Source: Spirochaetota bacterium (lineage in GTDB: Bacteria > Spirochaetota > GWE2-31-10 > JAFGQB01). From it: DNA of 33,221 nucleotides. The position numbers were made by a program, and so were the translations under genes. The stretch spans positions 1 to 33,221 of the forward strand of contig JBJKSS010000446.1 of assembly GCA_046703745.1 (NCBI GenBank). The letters are read 5' to 3'. The notes under the pieces were generated by a model that made no database searches, was not told the origin of the DNA, and saw nothing but the letters and a program-made list of their open reading frames with translations. Position 1 is the stretch's first letter, and every line of letters starts with the position of its first letter. This document shows positions 9,255 to 17,826 of this stretch, piece by piece.

Positions 9255-10331
9255 ATGCAAAAAATACTTCCGGTGAATCTGGATACAAAAATTACAACCG
9301 AAATTTACAATCATATCCGCCTGGCTGCTATTCTCAGTGAGGAAGGTTTCCTTCCCTGGTTTATCGAGAGATTTATTGTATTATACATGGATGAAAACTA
9401 TTTTTTCTCCAATTATTATATGTACGGCTCGCTTTCTGCAAGATATGTATATGATGAGGTTTTATTGTCGTTCCCCGTATCATGTAAAAGCAATATTATT
9501 GATGAAATAAAAAAACATATAGACAACCATGGGTATGTACAAATTTTATGTGATAAGTATTATATAGAAGGAAGTACATTTTATCAAAAATCACACTTTT
9601 TTCACGATCTTATGCTAATAGGGTATGCAGATAATCCATCCTTGTTTTTCTTCGTAGACTTGAATATTAATAAAAAACTCACCGGTGTGCACTCTATCAG
9701 CGAAGGAAGTTTGCTAAGTTCCTGGGATGCAACATTAAAATTCATAAAAGGAAAAAAGCCGGAAGAATTATATAATCTGTCTTTTATGCAGTTTGATTTT
9801 CCTGTTTCGGCGTTTTATTTACGCAAGGAAAATACGAGAAAATTACCCAATCTTAACTATATCTATTATTCACTCCAGTATTGCCAGAATAATCCTGTTT
9901 ATCAGACAAACTTTTGTGGATTAACATCAATAAACAGGATTGGTTCAGCCATATACCGGATATACTATGAAAATCTTTATCAACGGCTTCAGGAGGAAAA
10001 ATATAAAAATATTTTGCTGGAACATGATGGCGTTATCCTTATTAGCCTTAAAAGGCTCATAGAAAATAAAATGGGGATGCATTTCAGGCTTAATTACTTG
10101 ATGGGGAAAAAAATGATTGCAGAAGATTTACTTCTTCTGGATAAAATGTATCTTGTAAAAGAAAATCTGGAATATGCATTTAATTGCCTGGTAAAATATG
10201 CCTGTACATTTGATTTTGAACTTCTTGAAGAAGCGATGACTATTTTCAAAGAAACACAAAAAATTGATGCTGAAAATCTGGATAAAAGCCTGCAGCTTGT
10301 AGGCAAGACCATACAACAAGGTTATTGCTAA
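9255..10331 (+). CDS. Hypothetical protein of unknown function (possible papain-fold / BtrH-N-like acyltransferase relic)
   Basis: 358-aa ORF embedded in the operon with short gaps on both sides. I recognise no family with confidence. The only hint is an HFFHDLMLIGYAD segment, resembling the His strand of C39/BtrH_N-type papain-fold proteins. No matching N-terminal Cys is evident. Confidence 0.7.
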   Translation: MQKILPVNLDTKITTEIYNHIRLAAILSEEGFLPWFIERFIVLYMDENYFFSNYYMYGSLSARYVYDEVLLSFPVSCKSNIIDEIKKHIDNHGYVQILCDKYYIEGSTFYQKSHFFHDLMLIGYADNPSLFFFVDLNINKKLTGVHSISEGSLLSSWDATLKFIKGKKPEELYNLSFMQFDFPVSAFYLRKENTRKLPNLNYIYYSLQYCQNNPVYQTNFCGLTSINRIGSAIYRIYYENLYQRLQEEKYKNILLEHDGVILISLKRLIENKMGMHFRLNYLMGKKMIAEDLLLLDKMYLVKENLEYAFNCLVKYACTFDFELLEEAMTIFKETQKIDAENLDKSLQLVGKTIQQGYC

Positions 10332-10356
10332 GCAAGAAAAGGAGAAAAATCTGAAC

Positions 10357-12753
10357 ATGAATAATAACAGGGACTGCCTTTTTTGCCTGGAAACCGGCCA
10401 TAAAAACAAATTGGAAGATCTGGCAAATAAAGAAAATATTTTTACTTCACACATAATTCTAGCAATGATTGATGTTCTCCTTTCCCGTTACTGGTTTCAG
10501 GAGAAAATAAGCATGGGCATTGTCACTTCTAATTCCCTTCTTCCTGTTACGACAAGCCTGGTTGAAAATGACGGATTTTTAACCCTATGCCGTAATCTGG
10601 CAAACAAATTGAATAATATCAATGAAACTTTCAGAGAAAATACGAGCAGTCACGAGCAGTCAGAATATTCCGAGCCGGATGCATGCAATGTGATATTTAC
10701 CGATTGTGATGAGCAGACCGAGATGGGAACTATTCTGAAATGGAGTCAAGATAAAATTGTTTTTTTTATTTCTTATAAAAATAACCAGATTCAGATAAGA
10801 GTAAAAAATGAAATTAAAGCCCGGTTTTTTCCTGAATTCGAACTGTTCATAAATCATTTTATTACATTTTTAAATGTAATTCTTGTTGACCCGCTTACTC
10901 CCATCCATGAAATTGAAATAATTTCCGGGCGGGAAAAAGATACTCTTATCCATCAATTCAATGATACCCATGTTGGCCGGGATGAAACATGCCTGGTGCA
11001 GATGTTTCAAAAAATTGTGGATAAATATCCACGTAACGATATGATTGTGTTTGGCGGTCAGAGAATATCCTACGAATTTATTAACAAAAAATCCAATCAG
11101 CTTGCCCGGTATTTACGGGAAACGTTGAGGGTCAGACCCGGCGTAATTGTGGCTTTACATACGGATGTTTCTGTTGAGATGGTTATTGGAATATTCGGCA
11201 TATTAAAATCCGGGGGCATATATTTGCCCCTGTCACCCGATAACCCGGAAGAAAGGAATGAGCTCATTACACATGAGAGTAAGGCAAAAATAATCCTTCA
11301 AAACAGCAAACATAATGTATGCTTTCATGACAAAACTGTACTCGATATTTCTCTCGGTTATGAGGATATTTACACAGGGGATGACTCTAATGTTGAAGTT
11401 ATCCATCAGAGTTCTGATATTGCATATATCATTTATACTTCCGGAACCTCCGGGAAACCCAAAGGTGTCATGATAAAACACGGGGGCATAGCCAATTCAC
11501 TTCTGTGGAGAATAAATGAATACGGGTTTACAACCAGCGATACCATTTTGCAGCTATTCTCCCATGTTTTTGACGGATTCATTACCAGTTTTTTTACTCC
11601 TGTCCTGTCTGGTGCAACTTTGATTCTTACGAATAAAGAACAAATCACTGATCCGGGATTTATGACGGAAACCTTACGGCTAAACAGGGTCACTTCTTTT
11701 TTATGTATACCTCCTCTTTTTCAGGCAATCCAGGAGCTAATGGATGTTGAAATTGCAAAAAATATAAGATGCATTACATTAGCCGGAGATCAAGTTGACA
11801 AAAAAAGCATTGAGAATTTCAATAAAAAATACCCGTGGATAGAAATTATTAATGAATACGGCCCTACGGAGAATAGTGTTGTTTCTACTATCAAACGTAA
11901 TTTACAGGATGACGAAGTGGTCACCATAGGGAAACCCATTGCCAATACCAGAGTATTCATATTAAATCAAAAAGGTAAACTTGTGCCTGTTGGAGCTCCG
12001 GGCGAAATATGTTTATCAGGAAGAGGTCTGTCCCCGGGATATCTTAACCGTCCTGATCTGAATGAAAAATATTTTGTTCCAAATTCATACATTGACAATG
12101 AACCAATGTATAAAACAGGTGACCTGGGGCGCTGGCGATTCGACGGAAACATAGAATTTCTTGGCAGATTGGATTTTCAGGTTAAAATCAGGGGATTCCG
12201 GATAGAATTAAATGAAATCGAAAATTCCATTTTACAACATCCAAAAATTGATGAAGTGGTAGTCGTTGCATCCGGAAAATCCAGTCAAAACAGATATTTG
12301 TGTGCATTTTACAAAAACAAGAACAATGAAGACGCCAGTAATTTACAGGATTGGTTGAAAACGAAACTTCCTGACTATATGATACCGTCTTTTTTTATGC
12401 AGATGAGCACTTTCCCCCTGACAGATACCGGCAAAACAGACAGGAAAAAACTTGTTGAAACAGGAAATGATTTTGTCACAAACAAAAACACGGAAAAACC
12501 CTTAACCGGGATAGAGTCTCAAATTTGTGAAATATGGAAGCAGCTCCTAAAAACTGATCGGATAGGAACGGACGATGATTTTTTTTCACTGGGTGGTGAT
12601 TCGATTTCGATAATACAGATGCAGGTAGCCGTTGAGAAATTGTTTAACATTCGGTTAAGTGTCAAAAAACCGGAGGAATATTCCACTATTAGATCGTTGT
12701 CGGGGATTGTCGGCAATATTCTGAAAAAAGCGCCAAAGGAGTCTTCCTGTTGA
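10357..12753 (+). CDS. NRPS module: C-terminal lobe of a condensation domain, adenylation domain, peptidyl carrier protein; no TE domain
   Basis: The N-terminal ~190 aa resemble only the second half of a C domain (TSHIILAMIDVLLSRYWFQEKISMGIVTS) and have no HHxxxDG motif. A-domain motifs: A3 AYIIYTSGTSGKPKGV, A5 NEYGPTE, A7 YKTGDLGRW, A8 GRLDFQVKIRGFRIEL, A9 LPDYMIPS, A10 TGKTDRKKL. PCP motif: FFSLGGDSISIIQM. Confidence 0.9.
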   Translation: MNNNRDCLFCLETGHKNKLEDLANKENIFTSHIILAMIDVLLSRYWFQEKISMGIVTSNSLLPVTTSLVENDGFLTLCRNLANKLNNINETFRENTSSHEQSEYSEPDACNVIFTDCDEQTEMGTILKWSQDKIVFFISYKNNQIQIRVKNEIKARFFPEFELFINHFITFLNVILVDPLTPIHEIEIISGREKDTLIHQFNDTHVGRDETCLVQMFQKIVDKYPRNDMIVFGGQRISYEFINKKSNQLARYLRETLRVRPGVIVALHTDVSVEMVIGIFGILKSGGIYLPLSPDNPEERNELITHESKAKIILQNSKHNVCFHDKTVLDISLGYEDIYTGDDSNVEVIHQSSDIAYIIYTSGTSGKPKGVMIKHGGIANSLLWRINEYGFTTSDTILQLFSHVFDGFITSFFTPVLSGATLILTNKEQITDPGFMTETLRLNRVTSFLCIPPLFQAIQELMDVEIAKNIRCITLAGDQVDKKSIENFNKKYPWIEIINEYGPTENSVVSTIKRNLQDDEVVTIGKPIANTRVFILNQKGKLVPVGAPGEICLSGRGLSPGYLNRPDLNEKYFVPNSYIDNEPMYKTGDLGRWRFDGNIEFLGRLDFQVKIRGFRIELNEIENSILQHPKIDEVVVVASGKSSQNRYLCAFYKNKNNEDASNLQDWLKTKLPDYMIPSFFMQMSTFPLTDTGKTDRKKLVETGNDFVTNKNTEKPLTGIESQICEIWKQLLKTDRIGTDDDFFSLGGDSISIIQMQVAVEKLFNIRLSVKKPEEYSTIRSLSGIVGNILKKAPKESSC

Positions 12754-12806
12754 TAAATCAAAATTTGTTTTGAATTAAATTATAATTATCGGGAGAAAGA
12801 TTAGAA

Positions 12807-14564
12807 ATGAAAAAAAGAAATTACATTGGTCTGGCTACAACGTTCCATGATAGTGCAATAGCAATTATTAATCCGGAGGGCAAAGTTGTTTTTGCAGAAG
12901 CAAGTGAACGTTATATGCAGGATAAGCGGGGGTATAACCAGATACCTGACCATATATTCAGGTCGGGGAAATTAATCAAAAAATATTGTGATCCCGATGC
13001 TGATTTTGTGTTGTCCCAGTCATGGTTAAAGCCGGATCAGGAAGCCGAAATAAAAGGCTTGAAGGAAATGAGAGAAAACAATGACATGATTCTAAAACAA
13101 ATTGGGCAGAATGATTTTTATATACGCAGAGCTATAAGCAATATGGAGTATCTTGCAACATTTATGACGCATAATATCCACAACGCAGGGCATGCTCTAA
13201 AAAGGCAACTTGGCATCAATAAAAAATTTCATAATGCCAATATTATTACGAAGCATTACGACCATCATCTTGCACATGCCGCGACAGCATGTTTTACCAG
13301 TCCGTTTGATGAAGCGGCCTGTCTTATCATAGACGCCGGTGGAGAAGCCGAGAAAAGTTATGGAATATTTCATTATAGTAATGGGAAAATAACAGAAGTC
13401 GATGCTTCTCCGAAAAAAGCAACCGGAAGCCTGGGTATATTTTTTTCATGGGTCTGCCAGACCTGTGGTTTTGACCTGATGGCCAATGAAGAATGGAAAG
13501 TAATGGGTCTGGCTCCTTATGGCAAGCTTGACAATAAGATATACAAAATTTTTAAAGATTTCATCAAGATCGAAGGTTTTACAATACCGCCCTGGAGCTT
13601 TGACCATATCCGGAATTTTTTAAAAAAATGTTCTGAAATAGAACCGACGGATGATATGACGCCTTATGATGTAGCAGATACAGCCTATACAGGGCAAATG
13701 GTATTTGAAGAATTATATTTCGACCTTATTAATAAGGTACATGCATTGGGGCTTTCTGAAAATCTGGTCATGGGCGGAGGCTGCAGTCTTAATTCTACTG
13801 CAAATGGGAAAATAACGGAGAATACCCCGTTTAATAAAGTGCATATATACAGCGCACCGGCCGATGATGGGAATGCATTGGGTGCAGCATGGTTATCCTA
13901 TTTTGAGGATCATCCTGAAAAGCGCATAACCCCGGAGCTGTTTACTCCATATCTGGGCTCGACTATTAAAACAGAGTCTTTTAAAAACTTTAAACGTTTC
14001 GCAAAAATAAAGAATATGAAAGAACATAATGGTGATGTACATATCCGGGCCGCAGAATTGTTGGCACAAAATAAAATTATCGGCTGGGTGCAGGGAGCTG
14101 CCGAGTTTGGCCCGCGCGCACTGGGTAACCGTTCCATTCTCGCCAGTCCTGCATATCCTGATATTAAGAATCAAATTAATGCGCGGGTGAAATTCCGTGA
14201 AGAGTTCAGGCCCTTTGCACCATCCATCCTACATGAACACGGTCCGGAATATTTTATAAATTATGAAGAATCTCCATATATGGAACGTACATTAAAATTT
14301 TATGATGAAGTCAAGGATAAAATACCCGGGGTAGTACATGCAAACAATTCCGGCAGGCTGCAAACAGTAAAGCGTGAGTGGAACGAAAGATATTACGACC
14401 TGATTAATCATTTTTATAAATTGACAGGTATCCCTATATTATTGAATACCAGCTTTAACATAATGGGTAAGCCAATTATACATTCCATAGAAGATGCTCT
14501 GGCATTTTTTTATACCACGGGTCTCGATGCACTTGTGGTTGAAGACATTATTATAGAAAAATAA
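12807..14564 (+). CDS. Carbamoyltransferase, NodU/CmcH/TobZ family
   Basis: 585 aa with GGAGA upstream. N-terminus IGLATTFHDSAIAIINPEGKVVFAEASERY, then HHLAHAATACFTSPF, GGGCSLNSTANGKI and APADDGNALGAAW. The C-terminal domain has GPRALGNRSIL and FNIMGKPII. Confidence 0.9.
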   Translation: MKKRNYIGLATTFHDSAIAIINPEGKVVFAEASERYMQDKRGYNQIPDHIFRSGKLIKKYCDPDADFVLSQSWLKPDQEAEIKGLKEMRENNDMILKQIGQNDFYIRRAISNMEYLATFMTHNIHNAGHALKRQLGINKKFHNANIITKHYDHHLAHAATACFTSPFDEAACLIIDAGGEAEKSYGIFHYSNGKITEVDASPKKATGSLGIFFSWVCQTCGFDLMANEEWKVMGLAPYGKLDNKIYKIFKDFIKIEGFTIPPWSFDHIRNFLKKCSEIEPTDDMTPYDVADTAYTGQMVFEELYFDLINKVHALGLSENLVMGGGCSLNSTANGKITENTPFNKVHIYSAPADDGNALGAAWLSYFEDHPEKRITPELFTPYLGSTIKTESFKNFKRFAKIKNMKEHNGDVHIRAAELLAQNKIIGWVQGAAEFGPRALGNRSILASPAYPDIKNQINARVKFREEFRPFAPSILHEHGPEYFINYEESPYMERTLKFYDEVKDKIPGVVHANNSGRLQTVKREWNERYYDLINHFYKLTGIPILLNTSFNIMGKPIIHSIEDALAFFYTTGLDALVVEDIIIEK

Positions 14565-14592
14565 ATTTGAATAAATAATTGCGGGCAAAACG

Positions 14593-14898
14593 ATGCATAT
14601 AATAAACACGATGCTTTCAAAAGGCGAGAGGCCGTCAATAGAAAAGGCCGCAGCAGAGTTTGCAATGAGCGTCAGGAACCTCCAGAATAAACTGAAGGAG
14701 GAGAAGGCTTCATATCAGGGTATCCTTGAAAATTTGAGGAAGAAAATCGCAGTGGAATACCTGAAAAACCCGGGTGCATCGATCTGTGAAATCACGTTCC
14801 TCCTCGGGTTCTCGGAGCAGAGCTCATTCAACCATGTATTCAAAAAATGGACGGGCATGACACCGGGGGAATATCAGAAATTCAACCGGCAGGTTTAG
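14593..14898 (+). CDS. AraC/XylS-family HTH domain only (about 100 aa); probably a 5'-truncated gene remnant
   Basis: It encodes just the C-terminal dual-HTH region (SIEKAAAEFAMSVRNLQNKLKEE...ICEITFLLGFSEQSSFNHVFKKWTGMTPGEY). There is no ligand or dimerisation domain and no convincing RBS. The ORF begins exactly at the composition break. Confidence 0.6.
   Translation: MHIINTMLSKGERPSIEKAAAEFAMSVRNLQNKLKEEKASYQGILENLRKKIAVEYLKNPGASICEITFLLGFSEQSSFNHVFKKWTGMTPGEYQKFNRQV
14845..14885 (+). repeat. Right copy of the 41-nt direct repeat (AraC gene tail)
   Basis: 40 of 41 bases identical to nt 1-41. Confidence 0.85.
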
Positions 14899-14951
14899 GT
14901 GAATCTCGGGGATTTCACCGCCGGAAAAGCTCATCTGCTGACGAACCGCCG

Positions 14952-14961
14952 GACAATTGTC
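14952..14961. repeat. GACAATTGTC palindrome, copy 1 (intergenic, about 60 bp upstream of the mgtA -35)
   Basis: Read directly from the sequence. The flanks are ccgccgGACAATTGTCaagccg. Confidence 0.9.
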
Positions 14962-15018
14962 AAGCCGAAAACCCGGGATAAAAAAGAGAAAATAATTGTA
15001 TTATATTTTCCAATTTTC

Positions 15019-15047
15019 TTGACATTATTATTTTTAATCTATATATA
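15019..15047 (+). promoter_or_regulatory. Candidate sigma-70 promoter for mgtA
   Basis: TTGACA (15019-15024), a 17-nt spacer, then TATATA (15042-15047), which overlaps TATAAT at 15044-15049. Confidence 0.45.
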
Positions 15048-15178
15048 ATTAAATTGCTGCTAATACCATGATCAGGCATATATGATTATATAAGGGTTTT
15101 ACAAATATCAGGGGTTCTTATATCAGCATAAATGCTTGGGGTATCCGGCTATACCTTTAATCACAAGCTGTTGATCTT

Positions 15179-17824
15179 ATGAAGAATAAAATTAAACTTT
15201 CAAACAGAAACGACAAAAATTATCAAAAATTGTTCGAGCTTTGCAATTCAAAGGAAGATGAAGCCGTTGCAAGGATGAATTCCTCGGCAAGCGGGCTCTC
15301 CGGCGAAGAAGCCGAGGACAGGCTCAGGGAATTCGGAAGCAACCTTCTGTTCAGGGGGAAAAAGCATAATATTGCCATCGATCTTCTTTTAAGATTCAAG
15401 AACCCTCTCGTCATACAGCTTCTCGTGATATGCGTAGTTTCGCTTGTAATGGCCGACTTCAGATCGGCAACGGTTGTCGGCGGTATGATCTTCTTAAGTG
15501 TTTTTCTTGCATTCTTCCAGGAAAAAATGTCGGACAGGGCAGCAGAGGAGCTCCAGAAGCTCGTTCAGACAACGACAATTGTCATTCGTGAAGGCATTGA
15601 AGAGGAAATAATCATAAGGGACGTGGTTCCGGGCGACGTCGTGGTGCTTCAGGCAGGATCGATCATCCCCGCCGATTCGAGAATACTACAGGCAAAAGAT
15701 TTTTTCGTGAGTCAGTCCGCCTTGACCGGCGAGTCGATGCCGGTTGAAAAATTTGCCGCACCAAACAATCTTGATCTGAGGGAGCCGCTTTCATTCTCAA
15801 ACGCCTGTTTCCAGGGAAGCAATGTGGTGAGCGGCTCAGCGAAGGCACTGATAGTAAACACAGGGCAGAATACATTCCTCGGCGCCATTTCATCGACCCT
15901 CACGGAAGGAAAGGAAAAGACGAGCTTTGACAAGGGCGTAAAATCTTTCGTCTGGCTGATGATGAGGTTCATGATGGTCATGGTCACAGCCGTATTCATG
16001 ATCGTGGGGTTCACGAAATTTTCGAGCGCTAATCCCTGGCAGTCATGGATAAACGCTCTTTTATTCGCACTTTCCGTGGCGGTCGGCCTTACCCCCGAAA
16101 TGCTTCCCATGATAATAACGGTCTGCCTTTCGAAGGGCACGATTGCCATGTCCAAAAAAAAGGTAATCGTCAAAAAGCTTAAAGCCATACAGAATTTCGG
16201 CGCCATGAACATACTCTGCACGGACAAGACCGGCACGCTTACGCAGGACAACATAGTGCTTGAGAGGTATGTAGATGTCACCAACAGGAAAAGCGAGGAT
16301 GTCTTAAGATACGCATACATGAACAGTTTTTACCAGACCGGCCTGAAGAACCTGCTCGACAAATCGATCCTCTCCCACGAAGAGCTTGATGTCGAGAAAA
16401 CATGCAGGAAGGTGGACGAACTCCCGTTTGATTTCGTGAGAAAAAAAATGTCTGTCATAATCGAATACGAAGGCACAAATGTCATGATCTGCAAGGGTGC
16501 GGTTGAGGAAATATACTCGGTCTGCGACAGGTACCAGATCGATGACGATATTTATCCGCTTATTGATGTTATTAAAAACGACCTTTTCGAGGAATACCAG
16601 GAGTTAAGCGCCGATGGATACCGCGTGCTGGCAATAGCGTACAAGGAATTCCCCAGGACAAAGGATCTCTTTTCATCAGCCGATGAAAAGAACATGATTT
16701 TGCTCGGATACCTTGCGTTCTTCGATCCGCCCAAGGATTCTTCAAAAAAGGCCATAAAGGCCCTGAAAAATTCCGGCGTTGAAGTTAAAATTTTGACCGG
16801 CGACAACGAGCTGGTTACCAGAAAAGTCTGCCGCGATGTCGATATTGAAATAACAAACATGGTGACAGGCAGACAATTGTCGGAAATGGATGACGGGAAG
16901 TTCCGGGAGACCGTTAAGACATCGAATGTATTCGCAAGGCTCACGCCGTCCCAGAAAGAAAAGATCATCCAGACCCTGCGCGAGATGGGGAACGTGGTCG
17001 GATTCATGGGGGACGGGATAAACGACGCACCTGCGATGAAGGAGGCGGATGTGGGCATTTCGGTTGACACTGCTGTCGACATTGCAAAGGAATCCGCAGA
17101 CATAATTCTCCTCGAAAAGAGCCTCCTCGTGCTGGAGGACGGAATAATCGAAGGCAGAAAAATATTTTCCAATATAATCAAGTATATCAAGATGGGCGCA
17201 AGTTCGAATTTCGGCAACATGTTCAGTGTGGTTGGCGGCAGCTATTTCCTGCCGTTTTTGCCCATGGCGCCGATCCAGATATTGATCAACAACCTTCTTT
17301 ATGATTTTTCGCAGACCGGCATTCCCACGGATAATGTCGATGACGAATTCGTCAAGAAGCCGCACAAATGGAACATAAAATTCATCCGGAAGTTCATGAT
17401 TTTTATAGGACCGATAAGCTCGATTTTCGATTATGCGACTTTTTTCCTGATGCTGTATTTTTTCAACTGCATACTGTTTAAAAGCCCGGATACTTCGCCT
17501 GCAATGAAGGTGTTTTATGAAAAGCTTTTTCATACAGGATGGTTCGTCGAGTCACTTTTGACCCAGACGCTTATCGTACATATTATCAGGACAAACAGGG
17601 TTCCATTCTTCCAGAGCAGGGCAAGCGTCCTCATGACATTGTCCACCGTGGTTGTAATGGCAGCAGCGGTTATCCTGCCGTATTCACCGGCTGCTTCATA
17701 TATAGGGCTTGTGCCGCTTCCGATGATTTACTGGGCGTGGATCGCGGGATTCCTGACCGCTTACGGCATTCTCACGCACCTTGTGAAAACCTTTTTCAAC
17801 CGCAAAATTGATACCGGAGAATAA
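15179..17824 (+). CDS. mgtA: Magnesium-translocating P-type ATPase
   Basis: 881 aa. N-terminus GLSGEEAEDRLREFGSN, phosphorylation site CTDKTGTLTQ, TGDN, hinge MGDGINDAPAMKEADVGISV, and the MgtA-type FDFVRKKMSV segment. Confidence 0.9.
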   Translation: MKNKIKLSNRNDKNYQKLFELCNSKEDEAVARMNSSASGLSGEEAEDRLREFGSNLLFRGKKHNIAIDLLLRFKNPLVIQLLVICVVSLVMADFRSATVVGGMIFLSVFLAFFQEKMSDRAAEELQKLVQTTTIVIREGIEEEIIIRDVVPGDVVVLQAGSIIPADSRILQAKDFFVSQSALTGESMPVEKFAAPNNLDLREPLSFSNACFQGSNVVSGSAKALIVNTGQNTFLGAISSTLTEGKEKTSFDKGVKSFVWLMMRFMMVMVTAVFMIVGFTKFSSANPWQSWINALLFALSVAVGLTPEMLPMIITVCLSKGTIAMSKKKVIVKKLKAIQNFGAMNILCTDKTGTLTQDNIVLERYVDVTNRKSEDVLRYAYMNSFYQTGLKNLLDKSILSHEELDVEKTCRKVDELPFDFVRKKMSVIIEYEGTNVMICKGAVEEIYSVCDRYQIDDDIYPLIDVIKNDLFEEYQELSADGYRVLAIAYKEFPRTKDLFSSADEKNMILLGYLAFFDPPKDSSKKAIKALKNSGVEVKILTGDNELVTRKVCRDVDIEITNMVTGRQLSEMDDGKFRETVKTSNVFARLTPSQKEKIIQTLREMGNVVGFMGDGINDAPAMKEADVGISVDTAVDIAKESADIILLEKSLLVLEDGIIEGRKIFSNIIKYIKMGASSNFGNMFSVVGGSYFLPFLPMAPIQILINNLLYDFSQTGIPTDNVDDEFVKKPHKWNIKFIRKFMIFIGPISSIFDYATFFLMLYFFNCILFKSPDTSPAMKVFYEKLFHTGWFVESLLTQTLIVHIIRTNRVPFFQSRASVLMTLSTVVVMAAAVILPYSPAASYIGLVPLPMIYWAWIAGFLTAYGILTHLVKTFFNRKIDTGE
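15574..15583. repeat. GACAATTGTC palindrome, copy 2 (inside mgtA)
   Basis: Read directly from the sequence (acaacGACAATTGTCattcg). Confidence 0.9.
16872..16881. repeat. GACAATTGTC palindrome, copy 3 (inside mgtA)
   Basis: Read directly from the sequence (aggcaGACAATTGTCggaaa). It shares the 14-mer CAGACAATTGTCGG with copy 5. Confidence 0.9.
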
Positions 17825-17826
17825 TT

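Larger units (their letters stand above)
49..14592. other. Low-GC genomic island (two-component system plus biosynthetic operon)
   Basis: Composition shifts sharply at both edges, judged from spot counts only. The island lies between the two AraC-tail repeats. No mobility genes are visible. Confidence 0.6.

Noticed and set aside
15050-15178. Possible Mg2+ riboswitch (M-box) or mgtL-type leader upstream of mgtA
   Set aside because: Only short hairpins are visible (for example GCATaaATGC and GGTATccggctATACC). I could not recognise M-box conserved segments or a proline-rich leader ORF. A cmscan would be needed to settle it.
15712-17533. Large antisense ORFs inside mgtA (15712..16320, 16552..17220 and 16742..17533 on the minus strand, up to 263 aa), plus the + strand alternative-frame ORF 17539..17811
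   Set aside because: They lie entirely within a high-confidence P-type ATPase gene. Their proteins are low-complexity or motif-free. Long shadow ORFs are expected in GC-richer coding DNA.
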